A stretch of DNA of 64,000 nt from Gammaproteobacteria bacterium (GCA_965243205.1 CBDEUK010000002.1:1235689-1299688); one strand, 5' to 3'; counted from the first letter of the stretch, positions 30,108 through 40,759 are shown. The notes: generated from the letters alone by a model not told the origin. Translations and numbers: made by a program.

Positions 30108-31343
30108 ATGTTTCGCGTATTGTTGCTATTACTCGCTTTCTTTTTATTGTGTTACTTCTGCATAACTCATTGTTCACCTGAAATTGAAAATGATGTGCTT
30201 ACTAATGCGAATGCAACTTTAATTGCAGAAAACCAAACTGAAAATATCGTAGCTACGGTTGATGGTCGAGATATCATATTAACTGGCCAAGTTGATACAG
30301 AAGAAGAAAAAAATCATATTTTGGATGCCATTCAAAATACAACTGGCGTTAGGGTTGTGGATCACACAATTGCCTTAACACCTAAACCTTTCGCAAGACC
30401 AGAGCCCGTCGTTGTAGTTCAAGAATCTGAGCCTGAACCAATTGCTGATATATCTGAACCACAACCAACTGAACCAGAATCTATTGAGCCACAAGAAATA
30501 GCGGCGGTTGAACCAGAGCCAGAACCTCAAAGTGAACCTGAACCTACACCCGAAGCTGAACCTGAAATCGAAACCGTTTATATCGAACCTGGTCTGCCTT
30601 TATCGAAACTCTATACCAGCATTTCTAAAGATGCTGAACAATATAATTTAGCCGGATACCTACAAAATGAATCAAGCAAGCAGAGTTTACTTAAACAATT
30701 AGGTAAGCAATATAAGATCAATGACAACTTAAAACTAACAAAGCTTGAAAGCGAATGGCCAGCCAGTTGGACGGTGGTTGTTTCTCAAGTCGCTAATGAA
30801 TTATCAAAATTAGAAAATGGTTTAGCCTCGATTAAACCAAATGAAATTATAATCACTGGCAATGCTAACGATCATAAAATCCGCGATCAAATTGAAAAAC
30901 AATTAAGGCAATCCATACCAAATTCATGGGCAATGGATTTTGATATTGATATCCCATTATCAGAAACCAGTAGTGCTTGTGAAACTGAAATTCAAAACTT
31001 ACTCAATCAAGAAACGATAAATTTCAGACTTAATAGTGCTGACATAAGCATTGAAAGCACACAGTTACTTGATTCAATTATTGGTAATATAAAAACATGT
31101 TCCCAAGCCAAATTTTTAATTGAAGGCCATACTGATTCCATTGGTGATAAAGCTTATAACCAACAGCTTAGTGAATGGCGTGCTGAAGCAGTTAAAGATT
31201 ATTTAGTCTCTAAAGGCGTTTCTGCTCAAAGAATATCTACCAAAGGTTTTGGTGAAACTCGACCAATTGCGAAGAACACAACAATCAAAGGCCGCTCGCA
31301 AAACCGGCGTATTGAATTTGTTGTTTTAGGAGAATCACAATGA
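30108..31343 (+). CDS. OmpA-family peptidoglycan-binding protein with a BON domain and a Pro/Glu-rich linker
   Basis: Signal/TM N-terminus, a BON-like segment (DGRDIILTGQVD...GVRVVDH), an EPEPEP-type linker and a C-terminal OmpA domain (LIEGHTDSIGDKAYNQQLSEWRAEAV...NRRIEFVV). Confidence 0.8.
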   Translation: MFRVLLLLLAFFLLCYFCITHCSPEIENDVLTNANATLIAENQTENIVATVDGRDIILTGQVDTEEEKNHILDAIQNTTGVRVVDHTIALTPKPFARPEPVVVVQESEPEPIADISEPQPTEPESIEPQEIAAVEPEPEPQSEPEPTPEAEPEIETVYIEPGLPLSKLYTSISKDAEQYNLAGYLQNESSKQSLLKQLGKQYKINDNLKLTKLESEWPASWTVVVSQVANELSKLENGLASIKPNEIIITGNANDHKIRDQIEKQLRQSIPNSWAMDFDIDIPLSETSSACETEIQNLLNQETINFRLNSADISIESTQLLDSIIGNIKTCSQAKFLIEGHTDSIGDKAYNQQLSEWRAEAVKDYLVSKGVSAQRISTKGFGETRPIAKNTTIKGRSQNRRIEFVVLGESQ

Positions 31344-31966
31344 TATATCTTATGTTTCAGATGTTTTTATGCTTGGGCATATCTTTTTTAATAGGTTTTC
31401 TATTAGGCGGACTAATTTCTTACAAAATAATTAAAGAAAAACTCCAAAATCAAATAAATATGTTAGGTGTTCAACTAAAAAGCTGTAAAGATAAATGTGC
31501 CTCTTTGGAACAAGATGATTCGAAAAGCCAACTTGATGCCATTGCTAATGAACTTTCTGCATTGAAAACTTCTATCACTGAAAAAGATGAAACCATTGCA
31601 ACATTGGAATCGCAATTAAAAATCAGCCAACAAACTAAAGAACGTTCTGGAGGCAGTTTATTAGAACGTGCCGACTTTGATGAACATCGCCCTAAAATTT
31701 ATGAAGATATGCCAAAACATTTCTTCACCAGCCGACCAACCAAGGTTGATGATTTAAAACGCATATCAGGTGTTGGACCTGTTTTAGAAAAAACCTTAAA
31801 TGATTTAGGCATCTACCAATTTAGACAAATCGCTTTGTTTAACCAAGAAGATATCGATTGGGTTTCAAAACACTTAGAACAATTCAAAGGTCGAATTGAA
31901 CGTGATGATTGGGTCAATCAAGCACATGAACTGTATAAGGAAAAATACGGTAAGGATCCTGAATAA
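31340..31966 (+). CDS. Membrane-anchored coiled-coil protein with a C-terminal helix-hairpin-helix-like motif, hypothetical
   Basis: N-terminal TM segment, a central coiled coil and C-terminal ISGVGPVLEKTLNDLGI. It overlaps the ompA-like stop (ATGA) and is probably co-transcribed with it. Confidence 0.4.
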   Translation: MIYLMFQMFLCLGISFLIGFLLGGLISYKIIKEKLQNQINMLGVQLKSCKDKCASLEQDDSKSQLDAIANELSALKTSITEKDETIATLESQLKISQQTKERSGGSLLERADFDEHRPKIYEDMPKHFFTSRPTKVDDLKRISGVGPVLEKTLNDLGIYQFRQIALFNQEDIDWVSKHLEQFKGRIERDDWVNQAHELYKEKYGKDPE

Positions 31967-31988
31967 TCATACTTATCGCTAGTTATCT

Positions 31989-32489
31989 ATGAGTCGCTGG
32001 CGTCCTCCAGCTAAAAAGTCCTCTGCCTATATTACGCCTCAAGGTTATAAACAACTTGAGGATGAATATAAAACCTTGTGGGAAAAGCGTGCTGAAGTCA
32101 CTGTTGCTGTCACGGCCGCTGCGGCTGAAGGCGACCGTTCAGAAAACGCCGAGTACATTTATCGCAAAAAACAATTACGCGAGATTGATCGACGCATCAC
32201 CTATTTACAAAAACGCATGCCCAAGCTAACGGTTGTTGATAAAACCGCTGATGATGGAAAAATATATTTTGGATGTTCAGTCACATTGGAAGAGTTAGAT
32301 TCTGGTAATGAAGTATCTTATAAAATTGTTGGGGCTGATGAAATTGATACTGAAAACAATTATATCAGTATCGATGCTCCTTTATCTCGTGCCCTACTCG
32401 GCAAATCAATCGACGATGACATCGTTATCACAATCAATGGAGACACAAAAGAATATATCGTATTAGAAATACAATCTGAACAAGGTTAG
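31989..32489 (+). CDS. greB: Transcription elongation factor GreB
   Basis: Aligns with E. coli GreB (TxxGYxxLxxEyxxLW...DRSENAEYIYRKKQLREIDRRI). The basic N-terminal patch is typical of GreB rather than GreA. Confidence 0.85.
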   Translation: MSRWRPPAKKSSAYITPQGYKQLEDEYKTLWEKRAEVTVAVTAAAAEGDRSENAEYIYRKKQLREIDRRITYLQKRMPKLTVVDKTADDGKIYFGCSVTLEELDSGNEVSYKIVGADEIDTENNYISIDAPLSRALLGKSIDDDIVITINGDTKEYIVLEIQSEQG

Positions 32490-32543
32490 TTTGCCCTTTT
32501 TACAATTCAAAAATAAATCCGTACCATATCCGATATTATAAAC

Positions 32544-33020
32544 TTGGAGACATTAGAAATGAGTTGGAATCTTTATTTATCGGGAGAAATTCATACTGAT
32601 TGGCGCGAACGTATTGCTGAAGGTATTAAACAAAATAATTTGCCCATCACCTTGTCATCACCTATTACCGACCACGAATCCAGTGATGATTGTGGTGATC
32701 GAATCTTAGGTGCTGAAGATGCAGCATTTTGGAAAGACCATAAGGCGTCGAAAATTAATTCGATCCGCACCCGTAACTTAATTGAAAAAGCTGATGTAGT
32801 TGTCGTGCGATTTGGCGATAAATACAAACAATGGAATGCAGCTTTTGATGCAGGATATGCAGCAGCGTTAGGCAAACCTATGATCACATTACATGACCCT
32901 GCGCTAACTCATGCGTTAAAAGAAGTGGATGCCGCAGCACTTGCCGTCAGTGAAACACCTGAACAAGTTGTTAATATTATGAAATATGTCATTGCGGGCG
33001 AACTTCCTTTAGCGAATTGA
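32544..33020 (+). CDS. YtoQ-family protein (nucleoside 2-deoxyribosyltransferase-like fold)
   Basis: WNLYLSGEIHTDWRERI ... GDKYKQWNAAFDAGYAAALGKPMITLH matches the B. subtilis YtoQ family. The start is probably the ATG at 32559. Confidence 0.7.
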   Translation: METLEMSWNLYLSGEIHTDWRERIAEGIKQNNLPITLSSPITDHESSDDCGDRILGAEDAAFWKDHKASKINSIRTRNLIEKADVVVVRFGDKYKQWNAAFDAGYAAALGKPMITLHDPALTHALKEVDAAALAVSETPEQVVNIMKYVIAGELPLAN

Positions 33021-33024
33021 TAAT

Positions 33025-33561
33025 ATGCTTATTTATCTCGAAGTTATTTTACTGATTGTCGGCTTGCCTATTCTTTGGCTGATCGTCAGTTATAACTTAT
33101 TAGTTCGAGATAAAAACCGTGTTCTCAGTGCATGGTCAGATATTGATGTGCAACTCAAACGTCGTCATGACTTAATTCCTAAATTAATTGAAGCCGTTAA
33201 ACAATATGCAAAATATGAATCCGACACAATGGCTGCCGTTACTCAACTGCGTACAGAGAGTGAACGACTAGAAGATGTGAAACAAAAAGCTGGCGTTGAA
33301 GAAAGTATCTCAATAAACCTTTTAAAAATCATTGCTATTGCAGAAGACTACCCTGAACTCAAAGCCAACAATTCATTTTTAGATCTACAAAAACAACTGA
33401 CCGATGTTGAAAACACTATTCAATATGCACGTCGTTATTACAATGGCGCTGTACGCAATTTAAATATACGCATCGAACAATTCCCTGATATGTTCGTTGC
33501 GAAGTTTTTTAATTATCAAAAAGCTGATTTTTTTGAGTTCGATGAAACATCGAGTCGTTAA
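33025..33561 (+). CDS. lemA: LemA-family membrane protein
   Basis: N-terminal TM segment and a LemA-conserved region (YNLLVRDKNRVLSAWSDIDVQLKRRHDLIP...). Confidence 0.8.
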   Translation: MLIYLEVILLIVGLPILWLIVSYNLLVRDKNRVLSAWSDIDVQLKRRHDLIPKLIEAVKQYAKYESDTMAAVTQLRTESERLEDVKQKAGVEESISINLLKIIAIAEDYPELKANNSFLDLQKQLTDVENTIQYARRYYNGAVRNLNIRIEQFPDMFVAKFFNYQKADFFEFDETSSR

Positions 33562-33667
33562 ATGATAAAATATCTCTATTCTTTCTTATTTCTTATCTTT
33601 CAATAGTTTTGCTCAAGAACGTATTACCCATTTTCACAGTGAAATACGTGTTGATAAAAATTCCGAA

Positions 33668-35446
33668 ATGCAAGTAACTGAACATATCGACGTTATTGCT
33701 GGCGGCATAAAAATCAAACGTGGCATTTATCGTGACTTCCCTACCAAATACAAAGATCGATTTAATAATAATTACAATGTAGGTTTCGATGTTAAATCGG
33801 TATTACGTAATGACTATACCGAAGATTATCATACCAAGCCTCAATCAAATGGTGTACGGGTCTATTTTGGCAATAAGGATCGAACTCTTTCTAAAGGACA
33901 ACATAAATATTTATTACGTTATACGACGAATCGACAATTAGGTTTCTTTGAAAATCATGATGAATTGTATTGGAACGTGACAGGGAATGACTGGGATTTT
34001 CCAATCGACAAAGCCAGTGCAGAAATTTATCTCCCCGATGGTGTTCCAAGAGATAAGATTACGCTGGAAGCTTACACCGGTTACCAAGGTGATAAAGGAC
34101 AAGATTTTCAAGCTCACATAGGGGTAGGAAATAAAATCACCTTCGAAACAACTCGCCCTCTAAAAAGTAGAGAAGGTTTAACGATCGTAGTGAGCTTCCC
34201 AAAAGGATATATAGACGAACCCACCGCGCAAGAAAAACTTGCTTATTTGTTTAATGATAATAAACATTTATTTTATGGGTTTATTGGTCTTTTAGTTTTA
34301 TTAGCTTATTACGTCTATAGTTGGTTAAACGTCGGCAAAGATCCCGAAAAAGGTGTGGTTATACCGATTTATCATCCACCTCATAATTATTCGCCAGCAT
34401 CTATGCGTTTTATAGAACGTATGTCTTATGATAATAATTGTTTTGCCAGCGCAATTATTAACTTAGCTGTGAAAGGTTTTTTAACTATAAAAGAAAATTC
34501 CAGTAAAAATTATGTAATTACAAAAACCGGGCAATCAGCGGATATGGCTCCAGGAGAAAAAGCCCTCAGTGATTCATTATTTAGTAGTGGTGATAGTATT
34601 ACTCTAAAACAATCTAATCATTCACGCATAAGCTCTGCAATCAGTGCCCATAAATCCTCTTTAAAAAATGATTATGAAAAAAAATATTTTATTAAAAATA
34701 CAGCCTATTTTGTTATCGGTATTTTAATTAGCATTATTGTTCTATCCGTTATTTTATTTAGTAAATCAAGCGCTGGAGGAAACCCTGAAGCTTTATTTTT
34801 TATCTTATGGCTAACGCCTTGGACTTTTGCTTGTATGGCGATGCTTAAACAAGTTTGGAATCATTACTCGACAGGTAATTATGGTGGTATGTTTGGTAGT
34901 TTATTGTTTGTGGGGCCATTCTTATTTTTTGAAGTGATGGCAATAATCATGTTTGCTGCTCTTACTTCAATTTCACTCATTGCTATGCTTCTAATAGTTT
35001 GTGGTGTCAATTATTGTTTTTATGAATGGTTAAAAAAACCTACTTATGCAGGACGCAAACTATTGGATAAAGTAGAAGGCTTTCGTGAATATATTGAATT
35101 GGCTGAAAAGCAAGAACTCGATTACAAACACCCCAAAGGAAAATCACCAGAGTTATTCGAAGAATATTTACCTTATGCACTTGCACTGAATGTTGAAGAT
35201 AGTTGGGCTCGACAATTTGCTGATGTACTAAAAAGTACAACGATCAATGGTGAAGATTATTCACCTTCTTGGTACAGTGGTAGACATTGGAACCATTCCA
35301 ATATTTCTGGTTTTACATCGTCATTAAATTCTAATTTATCTTCGGCTATTACATTTTCATCAACCGCACCAGGTTCATCTTCTGGCAGCGGTGGTGGCGG
35401 CTTCTCTGGAGGTGGCGGTGGTGGCGGTGGCGGTGGTGGCTGGTAA
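33668..35446 (+). CDS. DUF2207 membrane protein (LemA partner) with a Gly-rich C-terminal tail; N-terminus apparently frameshifted
   Basis: DUF2207 fold. The frame is open upstream of the 33668 ATG and encodes ...SFAQERITHFHSEIRVD without a start codon. A signal-peptide-like MIKYLYSFLFLIF begins at the ATG at 33562 in a different frame. The C-terminus is GSSSGSGGGGFSGGGGGGGGGGGW. Confidence 0.7.
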   Translation: MQVTEHIDVIAGGIKIKRGIYRDFPTKYKDRFNNNYNVGFDVKSVLRNDYTEDYHTKPQSNGVRVYFGNKDRTLSKGQHKYLLRYTTNRQLGFFENHDELYWNVTGNDWDFPIDKASAEIYLPDGVPRDKITLEAYTGYQGDKGQDFQAHIGVGNKITFETTRPLKSREGLTIVVSFPKGYIDEPTAQEKLAYLFNDNKHLFYGFIGLLVLLAYYVYSWLNVGKDPEKGVVIPIYHPPHNYSPASMRFIERMSYDNNCFASAIINLAVKGFLTIKENSSKNYVITKTGQSADMAPGEKALSDSLFSSGDSITLKQSNHSRISSAISAHKSSLKNDYEKKYFIKNTAYFVIGILISIIVLSVILFSKSSAGGNPEALFFILWLTPWTFACMAMLKQVWNHYSTGNYGGMFGSLLFVGPFLFFEVMAIIMFAALTSISLIAMLLIVCGVNYCFYEWLKKPTYAGRKLLDKVEGFREYIELAEKQELDYKHPKGKSPELFEEYLPYALALNVEDSWARQFADVLKSTTINGEDYSPSWYSGRHWNHSNISGFTSSLNSNLSSAITFSSTAPGSSSGSGGGGFSGGGGGGGGGGGW

Positions 35447-35457
35447 GCTTAAACTGA

Positions 35458-36408
35458 TTAATGCTTTACTAATTCAGCGCCATAAATATGCAGTTCATTT
35501 AATTCTTTTGCATAGTTTGTAAAAAAACCTATCGCGGCCATTTTAGTTAAATCCATTTTACGTGTTGCAGGCGCATTATAAATATCATCAATGGATAAAT
35601 TAATTATGCTATTACCAGGCTGTATTTCTATTGCACGACTAAATCGATCATTGTTATCGTACTTATTATTTAAGTGAGGTAAATCATGTACTCGACAATA
35701 AATAGATAAAGCTTTGTCACTTGGATTAAATACTTTTATTTTCACTTCATCATAATCTTCCCAATCTAAAGGAAAAAAACCCATAAACAAGGTTGAATAC
35801 TCTGCTTTAGAAAAAACCACTTTAAAATAACTTTTAGAATCAATTAAAATTTTCTTAAACGAATGAATTTTTTTTGTTTCAAATTTTGTACTTTCAAATG
35901 GTAACGAAGGATCGATTAATATTGGAAAGTTTTGATACGTATAATAATCATTGACTGGATATAAAACGATTTTTTTATGTTGGAATAGAGTTCCAGAAAC
36001 AATCAGTATAATTAATGGCACTCTTAATGATTTTAATACAGTATTTTTTTTATTCGAATGGATTAAGACAGCTAAGCTTGTACCCGTCAAATCACTGACC
36101 ACATCTCCCATATCAGCATCCCTTCCCACCAACGTCTGCATAAATTCAATAAAGAGACCAAATACTAAAGCAATAAATAATAAGACCAAAAATTGAACAA
36201 TGAACGATAAAGCTCGAAGTGGTTTAATAAATCTTAGACAAAGATAGGTCCAAATATAAAACGCAACAACATGACCAAAATTCCATACACCACCAAACAA
36301 ACGTGTGTAATTAAAATCAAAACGAGAGGTAAAACTAAAAATCAATGCAATCACTGCCAAAGCAATGATTGTACGATCAGTATTATTAAGCTTAGTATTT
36401 TCGAGCAA
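35458..36408 (-). CDS. VanZ-like N-terminal membrane domain fused to a C-terminal domain of unknown function
   Basis: The first approximately 120 aa have four TM helices with a VanZ-like pattern. The remaining 200 aa are uncharacterised. Confidence 0.5.
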   Translation of the reverse strand: MLENTKLNNTDRTIIALAVIALIFSFTSRFDFNYTRLFGGVWNFGHVVAFYIWTYLCLRFIKPLRALSFIVQFLVLLFIALVFGLFIEFMQTLVGRDADMGDVVSDLTGTSLAVLIHSNKKNTVLKSLRVPLIILIVSGTLFQHKKIVLYPVNDYYTYQNFPILIDPSLPFESTKFETKKIHSFKKILIDSKSYFKVVFSKAEYSTLFMGFFPLDWEDYDEVKIKVFNPSDKALSIYCRVHDLPHLNNKYDNNDRFSRAIEIQPGNSIINLSIDDIYNAPATRKMDLTKMAAIGFFTNYAKELNELHIYGAELVKH

Positions 36409-36420
36409 AAAAGATTACAA

Positions 36421-36876
36421 CTATGAGATTTGTTTATTATCGTCTTCTGTCTTATTAGACTTACTATAACCCGTATCTTGACGATTAATATTCACAGCAT
36501 GTTTTTGTTGATAAACATCAAATACTTTATCTGCGGTTAAACCTGCGCAAATCATTGCTGACACTAAAAAATGTAATATATCGATCAGTTCGACTCGGAT
36601 ATTCTGTAAATCGATTTCATCTTTACTCCACCATTTCCATAATAACTCTTCGTCCAACTCAATAACTTCTTCGCCCATCGCCTTTGTGTAATTGCGCAGC
36701 CACTGATTCGGTAACTCATTCACTTTTAACTTGCCGTCTTCCACCGCATCAAAAATCGATTTCATATTTAATGGCGCACCGTCTAAATCCTTAAGATTAT
36801 TTTTATTAAAAACATAATCATTCAAATCGGTTTGCATCTCGAAGATTTTACTTAACATATCTTGGCTATCAGTCAT
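36421..36876 (-). CDS. All-alpha NTP pyrophosphohydrolase (dimeric dUTPase / MazG-like family)
   Basis: EEVIELDEELLWKWW ... ELIDILHFL pattern typical of dUTPase_2/MazG-type all-alpha NTP-PPases; 151 aa. Confidence 0.45.
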   Translation of the reverse strand: MTDSQDMLSKIFEMQTDLNDYVFNKNNLKDLDGAPLNMKSIFDAVEDGKLKVNELPNQWLRNYTKAMGEEVIELDEELLWKWWSKDEIDLQNIRVELIDILHFLVSAMICAGLTADKVFDVYQQKHAVNINRQDTGYSKSNKTEDDNKQIS

Positions 36877-37012
36877 TATTGTGTCCTGTGTTATACGAGG
36901 AAGAATTTAAACGGCTGATATCTTATCATCGAATTGCAAAAGAGATGAAGTTCAGCATCGTTTTTTTTGCTATAATCGCATCTCCTCATAACATGTTTGA
37001 AACTTCCCAGCG

Positions 37013-38911
37013 ATGGCCTTAGTAACACTCGATTCCGTTTCCATTGAATTCGGCGAACAAAAAATTCTCAACGAAGCCTCATTAGCGATTGAAGCTAATG
37101 AACGGATTTGCATCATCGGTCGTAATGGCGCGGGTAAATCGACCTTATTAAAACTGATCCATGGAGAAATCGAACCCGATTCTGGCAAAATTCAGCGTCA
37201 GAACACGATTCGCATCAGTCAATTACAACAAAAGCTACCGCAAGAATTGGATTTAACTGTCAGTGAATACGTCAAAACCGGGTTAGCCGATTTACAAATC
37301 AAGTTGGATCGTTACTCCAAATTATCCGAACAAGAATTGGATGATGCTGGGATGCGTGAAATGGTCGAACTACAACAAGACATTGAAGCGCATGGTGGTT
37401 GGAGTATTGACCAACGTGTCGAGACCATACTCTCTGAACTTGAATTACCTGTTGAGCTACAACTCAAAAGGCTGTCAGGTGGTTGGCAACGTCGAGTTTC
37501 TTTAGCAAGGTCTTTAGTCAGTAATCCTGATTTATTATTACTCGATGAACCAACCAACCATCTCGATCTCAGCACAATTCAATGGTTAGAAAAACGCATC
37601 AATGGATTCAAAGGCAGCATTTTATTTATTACTCATGACCGTGCATTTTTAAAACGCTTGGCCAACCGCATTATCGAACTCGACCGCGGCAAACTAAGTA
37701 GTTGGCCTGGTGGTTACGAAAAATATCTTTCGAATAAAGAACAAGCTTTAGAAGATGAACAAAAGAACAATGCCTTATTCGATAAACGTTTAGCCGAAGA
37801 AGAAGCTTGGATTCGTCAAGGCATCAAAGCACGTCGCACTCGTAATGAAGGTAGAGTTCGAGCATTAATGGAAATGCGTAAAGAATATGCGAAACGTATT
37901 AAGCCACAAGCAAAAGCCCGAGTATATGTCGAAGAAGCAGAAAACTCTGGACGCAAAGTGATCGAAGCCCGTAATCTAGAGCATGGTTATGAAGGCAAAA
38001 CCTTAATCGATGGTTTATCGATCAAAGTCATGCGAGGCGATCGAATTGGCTTAGTCGGTAACAATGGTGTAGGTAAAAGTACCTTATTAAAAATTCTGTT
38101 AGCTAAAATTCAGCCCGATGCAGGCATTGTAAAACATGGCACTAATTTAGAAATTGCCTACTTCGATCAATTACGTCGACAAATCGACCCAGAAAAAACT
38201 GTTGCAGAGTTTGTAGGTGATGATCAAGAGTACGTCAAAATAAATGGTAAAGAGCGACATGTGATTGGTTATCTGAAAGGTTTTTTATTCAGTCCAAAAC
38301 GCGCCATGAGTAAACTAAAAGTCTTATCTGGTGGTGAACACAACCGCGTCATCTTAGCCAAGTTATTAATTCGACCAAGTAACTTATTGGTATTAGATGA
38401 ACCCACTAATGATTTAGATGTTGAAACCATGGAAGTATTGGAAGAAAAGCTGTGTGAATATAAAGGCACCTTAATTGTGGTAAGTCATGATAGAGAATTT
38501 TTAGATAACGTAGTCACCAGTATTTTAGTATTTGAATCGTCAGGTAAAATCGAACCCTACGTAGGTGGTTTCAGTGATTGGGAACGACATGGCAAACAAT
38601 TAGCTGAAACCGATCATATAAAAATGCAACACGATGCTAATGCAAACAAAAAAAATCAACGCAGCAGCAATAAAAAACTCAGTTATAAATTGCAATTAGA
38701 ATTAGATGGCTTGCCAGAAATCATTGAAAATATAGAAGACGAAATTAAATCATTACAAGAAACCGTTAACTCAACCGAATTCTTTGAAAAGTCTTATGAT
38801 GAACAAGCCCCTACTCTAAAGACTTTATCTGAAAAACAAACTCTACTTGAACAATCCGTTGATCGTTGGTCTGAACTCGAAGCTGAACAAGAACGACTTG
38901 CAGGAAATTAA
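37013..38911 (+). CDS. uup: ABC-F family ATPase Uup (tandem ABC cassettes plus C-terminal coiled coil)
   Basis: Two Walker A motifs (GRNGAGKST; GNNGVGKST), two LSGG signatures and a C-terminal coiled-coil/DNA-binding tail; 632 aa. Confidence 0.85.
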   Translation: MALVTLDSVSIEFGEQKILNEASLAIEANERICIIGRNGAGKSTLLKLIHGEIEPDSGKIQRQNTIRISQLQQKLPQELDLTVSEYVKTGLADLQIKLDRYSKLSEQELDDAGMREMVELQQDIEAHGGWSIDQRVETILSELELPVELQLKRLSGGWQRRVSLARSLVSNPDLLLLDEPTNHLDLSTIQWLEKRINGFKGSILFITHDRAFLKRLANRIIELDRGKLSSWPGGYEKYLSNKEQALEDEQKNNALFDKRLAEEEAWIRQGIKARRTRNEGRVRALMEMRKEYAKRIKPQAKARVYVEEAENSGRKVIEARNLEHGYEGKTLIDGLSIKVMRGDRIGLVGNNGVGKSTLLKILLAKIQPDAGIVKHGTNLEIAYFDQLRRQIDPEKTVAEFVGDDQEYVKINGKERHVIGYLKGFLFSPKRAMSKLKVLSGGEHNRVILAKLLIRPSNLLVLDEPTNDLDVETMEVLEEKLCEYKGTLIVVSHDREFLDNVVTSILVFESSGKIEPYVGGFSDWERHGKQLAETDHIKMQHDANANKKNQRSSNKKLSYKLQLELDGLPEIIENIEDEIKSLQETVNSTEFFEKSYDEQAPTLKTLSEKQTLLEQSVDRWSELEAEQERLAGN

Positions 38912-38916
38912 TTCAC

Positions 38917-39801
38917 TTGAATAAACAATTTCTCATTCATGGTGCCTTACCTGGCTTTGGTTCTGCTTTGTGTTTTGCCGTTATGGCAAGTTTAATAAAA
39001 ATCGCCGCTCAAGATCTTTCATCACAACAATTAGTATTTTTTCGCGCCGTGATTGGTCTTATCATTATTTTACCTATCATCATTTATAAAGGATTTGGTT
39101 TTATAAAAACGAATAAATTAAAATTACATATCTTTCGTGGTTTAGTCAGTATTTGTGCTATGTCGTGTTTCTTTTATTCCATCAGTCATATCGGAATTTC
39201 AGAGGCAACGTTATTAAATGCTACATCACCGTTATTCATTGGTTTGTTGGCTAGTTGGTTTCTGAAAGAAAAATTAGATGGTTACAGCCTTGTTGCCTTA
39301 CCACTTGGATTTATTGGAGTAGCTTTTATTTTAAAACCAGGTACGGAATTATTTAATATCGCATCAGTAATCGGATTGGCTTCAGGTTTGTTTATAGGCG
39401 GCGCAAAAATCCTGGTTCGATATATGTCAGATACGGAACCTGTCTTGCGTACAGTTTTTTACTTTAGTGTGTTTTCTACCATATATGCAGCCATTCCAAT
39501 GTTATGGTTATGGCAGCCGCCAACTCAACAAGCCATTTACATTATGATCCTTGCGAGTATATGCGCAACAGGTGGACAAACCTTATTAACGTATTCATTT
39601 ACTCATAATGAAGCTATCAGTGTTGCACCCTTCACCTATGTGACCGTGATGATTGCCACCTTAATCGGTTGGATAGTATGGAATGAATTACCCGATTTAG
39701 GTTCAACTTTTGGTATTATTCTAGTTATCGTTTCGTGTTTGATTATTATAATGCAAAAGAAATTACCTAATCCTTGGAAAAAGAAACAACCACCAGTATG
39801 A
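38917..39801 (+). CDS. DMT-superfamily (EamA-like) transporter
   Basis: Ten TM helices in a duplicated EamA pattern. Confidence 0.7.
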   Translation: MNKQFLIHGALPGFGSALCFAVMASLIKIAAQDLSSQQLVFFRAVIGLIIILPIIIYKGFGFIKTNKLKLHIFRGLVSICAMSCFFYSISHIGISEATLLNATSPLFIGLLASWFLKEKLDGYSLVALPLGFIGVAFILKPGTELFNIASVIGLASGLFIGGAKILVRYMSDTEPVLRTVFYFSVFSTIYAAIPMLWLWQPPTQQAIYIMILASICATGGQTLLTYSFTHNEAISVAPFTYVTVMIATLIGWIVWNELPDLGSTFGIILVIVSCLIIIMQKKLPNPWKKKQPPV

Positions 39802-40628
39802 AGGTCTACGACTTACATACGCATACCTTACATTCTGATGGTAAGTTATCGGTTGAAGATTTAATCAATCGTGCCAAAGAAAAAGGCGTGGACGTTCTCT
39901 CCATTACCGATCATGATACGATAAAAGCATATCAAGAGATTTCTGAGTTACAACAAGATAACTTACATATTATCCCAGGTATTGAATTTTCGACCTACTG
40001 GAAAAAGATCGGCATACATATTCTTGGGTTAAATTTGGATTTAACCTCCAAAATCTTAAACGATACTATTCAACAACAATTAGAACTTCGCGAACAACGT
40101 GCTATAAAAATAGTAAATCGACTGAATCAAAAACATTCACTCGAGATTGATTATAACGAATTAAAATCATTTGCTAATACCGATAACATCGGCCGACCAC
40201 ATATTGCCGAATACTTAATCGAACAGAAAAAAATTAAAAACTTTAACCAAGCCTTTGATAAATATCTTAGCAATAAAAAACTCGGTGAAGTGAAATACGA
40301 ATGGTTAGACTTAGAAACCATTGTCAAAACAATTACCAAAGCTAACGGCATAGCCGTGATTGCTCACCCACTAAAATATAAATTAACCCGTACGAAATTA
40401 ATTGAACTGATAACAGACTTTAAAACATTTGGTGGTAAAGGGATCGAAATAGTATCAGGCAGGCAAGATCCATATCAAACTAAAGCCTTGCTTAAAATAA
40501 CCCAACAACAAGAACTCTACGGTTCCTGTGGTTCTGACTTCCACACCCCAACAACCCCTTGGTCTGAATTAGGCAAGTTTGAAAAATTACCTAATGATTG
40601 TATGTCAATCTGGGAATTGTTTAACTAA
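39798..40628 (+). CDS. PHP-domain phosphoesterase (TrpH/YciV, RNase AM-like)
   Basis: PHP motif YDLHTHTLHSDG ... ITDHD. The start overlaps the eamA stop (ATGA). The six-frame ORF starts at 39774. Confidence 0.75.
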   Translation: MKVYDLHTHTLHSDGKLSVEDLINRAKEKGVDVLSITDHDTIKAYQEISELQQDNLHIIPGIEFSTYWKKIGIHILGLNLDLTSKILNDTIQQQLELREQRAIKIVNRLNQKHSLEIDYNELKSFANTDNIGRPHIAEYLIEQKKIKNFNQAFDKYLSNKKLGEVKYEWLDLETIVKTITKANGIAVIAHPLKYKLTRTKLIELITDFKTFGGKGIEIVSGRQDPYQTKALLKITQQQELYGSCGSDFHTPTTPWSELGKFEKLPNDCMSIWELFN

Positions 40629-40759
40629 ACACTTAGTTGACACTACTATTACCAACATATAGATTTTAGATATTGAGGAATTAAACCCGTATAACAGAAA
40701 CGCAAAAAAATCTTCTCAGAAATCATTTGAAAAAAAGGAGGTTGCAAAACGCTCAAGTC

